Positions 42,797 through 48,543 of a DNA stretch of 48,543 nucleotides are shown in pieces (within the stretch, counting starts at the first letter, position 1; every line of letters starts with the position of its first letter). The position numbers were made by a program, and so were the translations under genes. The notes under the pieces were generated by a model. It had not been told where the DNA came from, did no database searches, and saw only the letters and a program-made list of their open reading frames with translations. Source of the DNA: a virus; IMG/VR virus record IMGVR_UViG_3300045988_164290, positions 1 to 48,543 of that record. One strand, given 5' to 3'.

Positions 42797-43753
42797 TTAT
42801 AATTTCATTTTTTCAAACGCTTTCCACGAAGAATAACTTTTTTGATAAATTTCAGTTTCGCCGAGTTTTGTTTTTAACCTATTATATTTTTTATTTGCTC
42901 GTCTGCGATTTTCTCCGCATAATACTCTGATAGGTTCACTGTTGTTCGGGTATGTATGAAAACCTAAAAATTTTATTCCGTCGCTAAAATGCATTATTTG
43001 AGTTTTGCCGTTAAGGCTTAATTTTAAATTTAACAGTAATTTTGCGATTTCCGTTAAGCAGTATTTTAGATAATTTTTATCTGCGTGAATTAAATAAAAG
43101 TCGTCCATATATCGCCCATAATATTTGATTTTTAATTTATTGACGATAAAATGGTCTAACTCGTTTAATAGCAAGTTTGCAAATAGTTGGCTCGTTTGAT
43201 TTCCAAGTGCAAGTCCATCACCGTCAACACTATCAATAAACATATCGCATAGTGATAATACCTTGTTATCTGAAAAATAAACCCGCAACTTATCTTTTAA
43301 AACGCAATGGTCTATTGTATAGAAAAATTTTGTTATATCGCACTTTAAAAAGTATCCATTACTGCCGTATTCTTCAAAAAAGTCTTTTTCATCTTGCAAT
43401 AATCTATTTAGCCCATATAATGTGCCTTTGCCTTTTCGACCCGCAAAACACCTATCAATAAAATGTTTTTCCATTTTAGGAATAAGCACATTTTCGCATA
43501 GGCTCATTTGCACGATTTTGTCTTTCGGGTGAGCAGATTTTATTAAACGTTTTTTCGGCTCAAAAATTTCAAACTCATTATAAGGGCTAATTGTGTAACT
43601 GCCGTTAATAAGTTGTTTTTGCAAAATATAAAGGCTTTCAAGTGTCATACTTTCTATTTTGCATAATCGAAAACTTTTCCGTTTCCCTCGCTTAGATTTT
43701 TTCCACGCTCGATATAAATTACCAAAGTTTACTATTTGCTCAAATTCAGTCAT
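42797..43753 (-). CDS. DGR reverse transcriptase
   Basis: ATG at 43753 (MTEFEQIVNFGNLYRAWKKSKRGK). Motifs: KKRLIKSAHPKDKIVQ, CDITKFFYTIDH, LALGNQTSQLFAN (the DGR-type SQ motif), YGRYMDDFYLI and GIKFLGF. Confidence 0.9.
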   Translation of the reverse strand: MTEFEQIVNFGNLYRAWKKSKRGKRKSFRLCKIESMTLESLYILQKQLINGSYTISPYNEFEIFEPKKRLIKSAHPKDKIVQMSLCENVLIPKMEKHFIDRCFAGRKGKGTLYGLNRLLQDEKDFFEEYGSNGYFLKCDITKFFYTIDHCVLKDKLRVYFSDNKVLSLCDMFIDSVDGDGLALGNQTSQLFANLLLNELDHFIVNKLKIKYYGRYMDDFYLIHADKNYLKYCLTEIAKLLLNLKLSLNGKTQIMHFSDGIKFLGFHTYPNNSEPIRVLCGENRRRANKKYNRLKTKLGETEIYQKSYSSWKAFEKMKL

Positions 43754-43766
43754 AAAGTCAAAAGAA

Positions 43767-43931
43767 AGGTTGCATACTCTTTTGCATAATGCGGACTGAT
43801 TTCGGCTTTTGCCTACTCTTTCTCCCTGTTTCCAGAACGGACGAACGCCGCTGTTGTTGTTACAATAATTGTTGTTCAATGTACCATTGTAGTTGACGTA
43901 ACGGACAAGTTCGTTTTACAGTATGCAACCT
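43767..43931 (-). repeat. 12-bp perfect inverted repeat bracketing the TR and spacer
   Basis: Plus 43767..43778 (aggttgcatact) is the reverse complement of plus 43920..43931 (agtatgcaacct). Confidence 0.85.
43836..43917 (-). repeat. DGR template repeat (TR)
   Basis: Lies between avd and the RT gene. Read in the VR frame it encodes NELVRYVNYNGTLNNNYCNNNSGVRPF, with 9 Asn codons. Confidence 0.9.
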
Positions 43932-43937
43932 GAATTT

Positions 43938-44288
43938 TTATTTATCTTTTGACCGCCAAGCAAGCGTTAAATGCTTAACGTCAGCAATAGACTTCGCCCA
44001 AAATTCGCTGTCGTCTGCTGACATAATTTTACACTCAACGCATAACTCCACATAAAAACTTAACTCGTCGCACAATATTATTGCACGGCTTTGTCTTTTG
44101 TTTCTCTCCGCAATATCCCTCATTTGATTAGCCTCAAACAAGTATTCATAAATCTGCAACGCTTTTGTTTGCATTTTGTCGCAGAGCGTAAATCTATACT
44201 TTTTCGGGAATTTTTTGCAATTTGAGGTTTTTGTGATTGTATAAACTGCTAATTGTTTCGCTTTTACTATTACTGTTAATTCCTGCAT
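43938..44288 (-). CDS. avd: DGR accessory variability determinant
   Basis: ATG at 44288 overlaps the target stop (TAATG). 116 aa, helical; ...NCKKFPKKYRFTLCDKMQTKALQIYEYLFEAN... is typical of Avd. Confidence 0.8.
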   Translation of the reverse strand: MQELTVIVKAKQLAVYTITKTSNCKKFPKKYRFTLCDKMQTKALQIYEYLFEANQMRDIAERNKRQSRAIILCDELSFYVELCVECKIMSADDSEFWAKSIADVKHLTLAWRSKDK

Positions 44289-44926
44289 TATCGCACGACC
44301 TCGCAACAAGATTTCAAGATGCAAAACGGACGAACGCCGCTGATGATGTTACAATAATAGTAGTTCAATGCACCACCGTAGCTGACGCAACGGACAAGCG
44401 TTTCATATCCTCTTGTAGGCGTGGAATATGCAGTAGCAAGCCACCACCATTTTTTAGGGTTGTATTTAAGCATAATGTTCGTGTATTTGCAATATAATTC
44501 GCAAGTTAAAAGACTTACGTTGGCTTTGCATTTTTTATAATCTCTTAAACCGTCGTCTGCGGTTAAATCAACAGTATGCTCGCAAATGTTATTTGCGCCA
44601 ATTAAAGCCGCTAATCTGACGTAATATTCGTCGTTAAGGAATGAATAAATTTCAGACATTGCAAAATTATTCGTATCGCTATCAAACTTGCGGCTATCGG
44701 GAAGTAAATCTTTTTTCAAAACCGCCGTCGTATCGCCGCTTTGTTCAAGAACTATCCACTCTTCGCCGCCGATTTTAAAAGTTTCGCCGACGGGAACGCT
44801 TGCAAGTTTCACCTTCTTGTCAAAAAGGTCTTTCACTCTGTCAACGGGAATTTCAAAAATGATTTTATCGCCATCACGTTTTACCGCTTCGTTATCAGTT
44901 ACCTCAATCGTTATTTTTTTTGCCAT
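44288..44926 (-). CDS. DGR target protein 2 (DUF6273-like, C-terminal variable region)
   Basis: ATG at 44926 after GAGAGGTG. FKIGGEEWIVLEQSGD..., WWWLATAYS...VRCVSYGGALNYYYCNIISGVRPFCILKS. Confidence 0.85.
   Translation of the reverse strand: MAKKITIEVTDNEAVKRDGDKIIFEIPVDRVKDLFDKKVKLASVPVGETFKIGGEEWIVLEQSGDTTAVLKKDLLPDSRKFDSDTNNFAMSEIYSFLNDEYYVRLAALIGANNICEHTVDLTADDGLRDYKKCKANVSLLTCELYCKYTNIMLKYNPKKWWWLATAYSTPTRGYETLVRCVSYGGALNYYYCNIISGVRPFCILKSCCEVVR
44325..44400 (-). repeat. DGR variable repeat VR-2
   Basis: Ungapped match to TR 43836..43911. I count 11 mismatches, all at TR adenines. Confidence 0.9.
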
Positions 44927-44954
44927 TTTTCGCACCTCTCTTTTATTTGTTTTT

Positions 44955-44983
44955 ATTATATATTTTTTATTGACTTTTGTCAA
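44955..44983 (-). promoter_or_regulatory. consensus promoter TTGACA-17-TATAAT in front of the DGR operon
   Basis: The reverse complement reads TTGACAaaagtcaataaaaaataTATAAT. Confidence 0.7.
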
Positions 44984-45669
44984 CTATTGCCGCCATTATT
45001 ATGCAAATTGTCAAAAATACTTACTTGGCTTCGTTCGGCATTTAGTCTTGCCATACCTTTTTCAAAATATTCTTTGTCGAGTTCCGCACCTATAAACCGT
45101 CTGCCAGTTTTATAACACGCTACGGCGGTCGTAAATGACCCCATAAACGGGTCAAGTATTAAATCGCCCTCTTTTGTGTAATAATTGATAAGTCGCATTA
45201 TAAGTTGCAAAGGCTTTTGCGTGGGGTGAAAACGCTCGTCTTTATTTTTCATATTCTCTTGTATCATTCCGTTGTAAAGAAAATGAAAAACTCTTGCAAC
45301 GCCCTTACTGCACCACGCTAATTCACAATCGCTGAAGTCGTTTCTAATCTTATCGTCGCAACGCTTATCCCACACAACCCAACTTGCCGTAGGCGGTAAA
45401 ATGTTTGCGTAATAATTGCCGCCGAAAATGAGTTGATTGTTTGAGACCTGAAACATAAGGTCAAAATAGTCTTTTGAGAGCAACTTATCCCATTGTTTTT
45501 TATTATAGTTACGAGCCTTAGCATTTGGACTACCGCCGCCTATTATTTTCTGCCACCCAATTCCGTAAGGGGGGTCTGTGATTATCCAGTCGGCTTTTAC
45601 CCCCCTACGCATTTCGTCCATAAGGTCAAGGCAGTCGCAGTTGTATACTGTGTTTATTTCAAGTGACAT
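44980..45669 (-). CDS. beta-class N6-adenine / N4-cytosine DNA methyltransferase
   Basis: WIITDPPYG (motif IV) precedes HPTQKP and ILDPFMGSFTTAVA (motif I); start taken at ATG 45669. Confidence 0.8.
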   Translation of the reverse strand: MSLEINTVYNCDCLDLMDEMRRGVKADWIITDPPYGIGWQKIIGGGSPNAKARNYNKKQWDKLLSKDYFDLMFQVSNNQLIFGGNYYANILPPTASWVVWDKRCDDKIRNDFSDCELAWCSKGVARVFHFLYNGMIQENMKNKDERFHPTQKPLQLIMRLINYYTKEGDLILDPFMGSFTTAVACYKTGRRFIGAELDKEYFEKGMARLNAERSQVSIFDNLHNNGGNS

Positions 45670-45670
45670 T

Positions 45671-45976
45671 TTACGAAAATACTCCCGTGATGTCCAAACC
45701 GTCAAAGTTTTTAAGTTCGGTTGCCGTTTTGATTATTTCGTCGCAAATCGTTATTCGGTCGGCTTGGTTTTCTGCGGTTTTTTGACCCTTTAATAATTCG
45801 GCAAGAAAAAGCAATTTTAAAAGACGTTTTCCGTACAAATCTTCTATTGCCAAATTTTCGCTAAAAAAGTTAATAGCCTCTTTTGCGGTTTTATCTACCG
45901 AAAAATATTCTTTAATTGCAATAAAACTAATCATTTCTTCGCAACTTGGGTTTGTACTTGTTATTCTCTTTTTCAT
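45671..45976 (-). CDS. hypothetical protein
   Basis: 101-aa ORF. Confidence 0.5.
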   Translation of the reverse strand: MKKRITSTNPSCEEMISFIAIKEYFSVDKTAKEAINFFSENLAIEDLYGKRLLKLLFLAELLKGQKTAENQADRITICDEIIKTATELKNFDGLDITGVFS

Positions 45977-45977
45977 T

Positions 45978-46358
45978 TTATTTCACCTCAATGTCAGGAA
46001 GTTTAAAATCAAAATAAATCTTGTAATGGTACGGGTCAGTATGCGTTCCCGTTATATCCTCAACAACGTAAATCGTGTAATCGTTTAAGTAAACATAATT
46101 CTTTTTATATTGTCCCGCTCCAACTTTTGCCGTTACGACAAGTTCGCTATTGTTCTTGTCGGTTTCAATATTGATAAAACCCTCAATAAGCATTACACAC
46201 TTGTCGGTTCTGGCGTTATAAACAGTTACACGCCGTTCGCACTCAAAGTATTTAGCCTGTTGCGATATGTTATAATTTACTCGGTCTGCTTCTTTACAGC
46301 CGCATAAAGTTAGGGCTGCTGTTATGCAAATAAGTATTATTGCAGATATTTTTTTCAT
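45978..46358 (-). CDS. lipoprotein
   Basis: MKKISAIILICITAALTLCGC signal peptide with a lipobox-like motif. Confidence 0.6.
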   Translation of the reverse strand: MKKISAIILICITAALTLCGCKEADRVNYNISQQAKYFECERRVTVYNARTDKCVMLIEGFINIETDKNNSELVVTAKVGAGQYKKNYVYLNDYTIYVVEDITGTHTDPYHYKIYFDFKLPDIEVK

Positions 46359-46382
46359 TTTATTTCACCTTTATTCTACCTT

Positions 46383-46772
46383 TTATTTTCTTTTTTTTAT
46401 AAGTTCGGGGTTATCGTGAATGTTGCCAATTATTTTAAGGTTATACTCATCGCCAGTTAAAAAGGCAAAAGGATAATCACTTCGCCACTTACAATAATCC
46501 GGGGTAATAACAAATTTATATTTATTACGGGGAAACATAGTACGATATGCCAATATGATGTCGCCCTCAAATATCTTTTTGTCGTCCATACCTTTTCTGT
46601 TTATATACTCCCCCACGGTTTCACGGTCAACTTCGTAAGGGATAACGCAACCATTTTCAGCCACCGTATATATTGCGTGCTTTAAGCCTTTATTGCTTGC
46701 AACCAAAGCGTAAAATCCTTGCACCCATTCGCCGTTGTCTACTCGTTTGCCTCTAAATAAAATTTCCCTCAT
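46383..46772 (-). CDS. YopX-family protein
   Basis: MREILFRGKRVDNGEWVQGFY...IIGNIHDNPEL. Confidence 0.7.
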   Translation of the reverse strand: MREILFRGKRVDNGEWVQGFYALVASNKGLKHAIYTVAENGCVIPYEVDRETVGEYINRKGMDDKKIFEGDIILAYRTMFPRNKYKFVITPDYCKWRSDYPFAFLTGDEYNLKIIGNIHDNPELIKKRK

Positions 46773-46777
46773 TTTGA

Positions 46778-47560
46778 TTAAATACTCCTTTTTAATTGTT
46801 CAATTTTTTTAAGTGCTTCGGTTTCAGTTAAAAACAACGTCTTTCCTAAACTTGAAATTGCCGTTTGATATACCGAATTGCGAGCGAGTTTCAGTTTTAA
46901 ACCTTTTTCTGTAATTATGATTTCCTCAACCTTTGTCTGCTGAATAAACGGCGGTTTGTGGTTTTTAAAAACTTCGTAAATAGTATCTCCGACTTTACAA
47001 GGCAATTTAATAAACGTCCCGTTTTCGATTTTAGATTGATATTCTTTTAACTGTTTTCGTAATTTAAGAATTTCAACTCTCATTTCGTGTTTACTCATTT
47101 TTAAGTGGACTTGTTTAGGCTCTAACAATCTATCTTCTTCCCAACCATAACGAAGTCTATTTTGTAGCGTGCCAATAGGCATTCCCGTTTCTTTCGCCCA
47201 CTCGGTAACCGTTTGTGTTTTTCCGTGTATAGTAATTAACTTATTAGAACGCCTATTATAAGATTGCTCTTTTGCCGTTACCCACCTGCAATTATCAGAA
47301 GAATAGCCTTTGTTGTTGTCAATTCTATCAATCGTCAATCCTTTTTCATATCCGTTATTTACTGCCCACTCTCTAAAATTCTTTTGACCGTCTTTTCCAA
47401 GCCATTCTTCACAAACACTAATTCCCCTTTCTCCATACAAGTAAAAATATTTATAATCTGGATTTAAGCACCTACGCCTAATATCACACAAAACAATACA
47501 AAGTTTTTGTTTTGTTTCTTTTGTTATATCTCTATCGGTCAATCTTTTATAGTCTGTCAT
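46778..47560 (-). CDS. HNH-type homing-endonuclease-like protein
   Basis: ...YGERGISVCEEW...TIDRIDNNKGYSSDNCRWVTAKEQSYNRR... Confidence 0.6.
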   Translation of the reverse strand: MTDYKRLTDRDITKETKQKLCIVLCDIRRRCLNPDYKYFYLYGERGISVCEEWLGKDGQKNFREWAVNNGYEKGLTIDRIDNNKGYSSDNCRWVTAKEQSYNRRSNKLITIHGKTQTVTEWAKETGMPIGTLQNRLRYGWEEDRLLEPKQVHLKMSKHEMRVEILKLRKQLKEYQSKIENGTFIKLPCKVGDTIYEVFKNHKPPFIQQTKVEEIIITEKGLKLKLARNSVYQTAISSLGKTLFLTETEALKKIEQLKRSI

Positions 47561-47742
47561 CTTACTACCTCTATTCTTTTAACGTGTGTTTTACGGAAAG
47601 AATAATTTGCGACTTGGTAACGGTCGGGCTTCCACTCCGCGCGGGTTAATATGCCCGTTATCGTTGTATCGTCAAACAATATAACTTTTACTTTCTTGCC
47701 AAAAAGGGCGTTTAACTCTTTGCTTTCGTGTGTGTATTTCAT
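47557..47742 (-). CDS. hypothetical small protein
   Basis: 61-aa ORF with ATGA overlap. Confidence 0.45.
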   Translation of the reverse strand: MKYTHESKELNALFGKKVKVILFDDTTITGILTRAEWKPDRYQVANYSFRKTHVKRIEVVR

Positions 47743-47762
47743 TGCTCTACCTCTTTATCATT

Positions 47763-48014
47763 TCAAAAACTCTCTTTTTCAAATTTTCTGCAAGCCGTAT
47801 CTTTAAGCCTTATATCTGTTGCCGAACAATTTGAAATATGCCACAATTCACATTTATAATAATTCTTTCTGTTCCAACGACTGCAAATACAATGCTTACA
47901 TTGCCCGCAAGTAAAACCGTCTAATGTTCTGTATGTTTCTTGCATTGTTTTACGTTTCCTTGCACCCTTTTTCGGTACAGGTGGCTCTCTTTCTTCTCCA
48001 AACAAATCAATCAT
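47763..48014 (-). CDS. Cys-rich small protein
   Basis: ATG at 48014 (ATGA overlap, GGAGG RBS); CGQCKHCICSRW... Confidence 0.5.
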   Translation of the reverse strand: MIDLFGEEREPPVPKKGARKRKTMQETYRTLDGFTCGQCKHCICSRWNRKNYYKCELWHISNCSATDIRLKDTACRKFEKESF

Positions 48015-48543
48015 TTTTCTAATTCCTCCAACTTTTTCAGCCATTTTGTTTTTATAACTTTTTCAAGATAGTCAGCATTGTATTTTGGTTTTGACGAAAC
48101 GCAGGAAAACGGTCTGCCGAGTTCTTTCTCTCGAATGATTTCCGTTTCACGCATTTTGTTTATCATAAAGGCGAAATTTTCGGGATAATACTTGTAAAGG
48201 TACGCAAAATTTATAAAACTTGCCATAGGACAATACATACACCCGCAACGCTTTTGCGTTTCATAATAGTGGTTGAATATCGGTTGCGTTTTTGCCCACG
48301 CCCAAACCGTTTCTTCTTCGATTCTTTCTTCGACGAGTGGATAACGTTCGACTTTTTGCAAATCTACACGCTTTGCAAAACGCTTTTCTTCGTCAGCGCA
48401 ATACCCAATATAAAAAACAGTATAATAACCTTGTTTTTCCATAAATTCTTGTAACTGCTTTTTCGCTGTAAGTTTATATTTATCGTTACACCACCGCGCA
48501 ACCCTTGTCGGAAAGCCGTACCTTTCGTAAAGTTCGCTCCACG
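48011..48543 (-). CDS. PAPS reductase-like protein, C-terminal part (same gene as 1..366; 48425..48543 duplicates 1..119)
   Basis: ...YTVFYIGYCADEEKRF...CGCMYCPMAS.... Joined across the junction the gene is 780 nt (259 aa). Confidence 0.75.
   Translation of the reverse strand, partial: WSELYERYGFPTRVARWCNDKYKLTAKKQLQEFMEKQGYYTVFYIGYCADEEKRFAKRVDLQKVERYPLVEERIEEETVWAWAKTQPIFNHYYETQKRCGCMYCPMASFINFAYLYKYYPENFAFMINKMRETEIIREKELGRPFSCVSSKPKYNADYLEKVIKTKWLKKLEELEK
48425..48543. repeat. terminal direct repeat copy 2 (identical to 1..119)
   Basis: 119/119 identical to the window start. Confidence 0.95.

Noticed and set aside
42797-43753. RT as a retron, group II intron or Abi-type defence RT
   Set aside because: An adjacent Avd, a TR with A-specific mismatches to two VRs, and the DGR-type GxxxSQ motif fit a DGR. 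I saw no intron RNA domains, no maturase/En domains and no msr-msd-like repeats.
43754-43879. N-terminal 42 codons of the track RT ORF (MNNNYCNNNSGVRPFWKQ...)
   Set aside because: This is the TR and IMH* read in the VR frame, not part of the RT. The RT starts at ATG 43753 (MTEFEQIVNFGNLYRAW...), the usual RT N-terminus.

Overview
This window is a complete, circularly closed tailed dsDNA phage genome. Bases 1-119 are identical to 48425-48543, so the unit length is 48,424 bp, and the window is cut inside a PAPS-reductase-like gene. There are two transcription blocks. A minus-strand early, replication and accessory block runs 15.2 kb -> 1 and continues through the junction 48.4 -> 41.0 kb. A plus-strand late block runs 15.9 -> 40.9 kb: TerL, portal, scaffold, gpE-like capsid, connectors, major tail, G/GT chaperones with a -1 frameshift, tape measure, baseplate and fibres, then small membrane and unknown genes. 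ATGA/TAATG gene overlaps, GGAGG-type RBSs and TTGACA-17-(TGn)TAtAAT promoters suggest a low-GC Gram-positive host; this is inference. The main result is a full diversity-generating retroelement (target-avd-TR-RT, 42.8-45.0 kb). Its 82-nt template repeat matches two variable repeats, one adjacent and one about 19-29 kb away, and every mismatch sits at a TR adenine. The diversified genes are small early-block proteins without a signal peptide, not tail fibres, and a third undiversified paralog exists. Other notable items: (1) a LAGLIDADG intein splits the catalytic PCQ motif of a C5 DNA methyltransferase, whose 3' part carries three G8-G10 homopolymer tracts and is broken at one of them; (2) 12-bp-phased iterons lie inside the replisome-organizer gene; (3) back-to-back promoters include one that makes an oop-like ~70-nt terminated antisense RNA; (4) a ~650-bp non-coding region between the divergent early and late promoters contains a ~150-nt polypurine tract and repeated GCGCGC-GTGTA modules. 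I recognised no integrase, repressor, tRNA, CRISPR array, clear endolysin or separate small terminase. All family assignments are by-eye motif recognition, and no database search or folding program was run.
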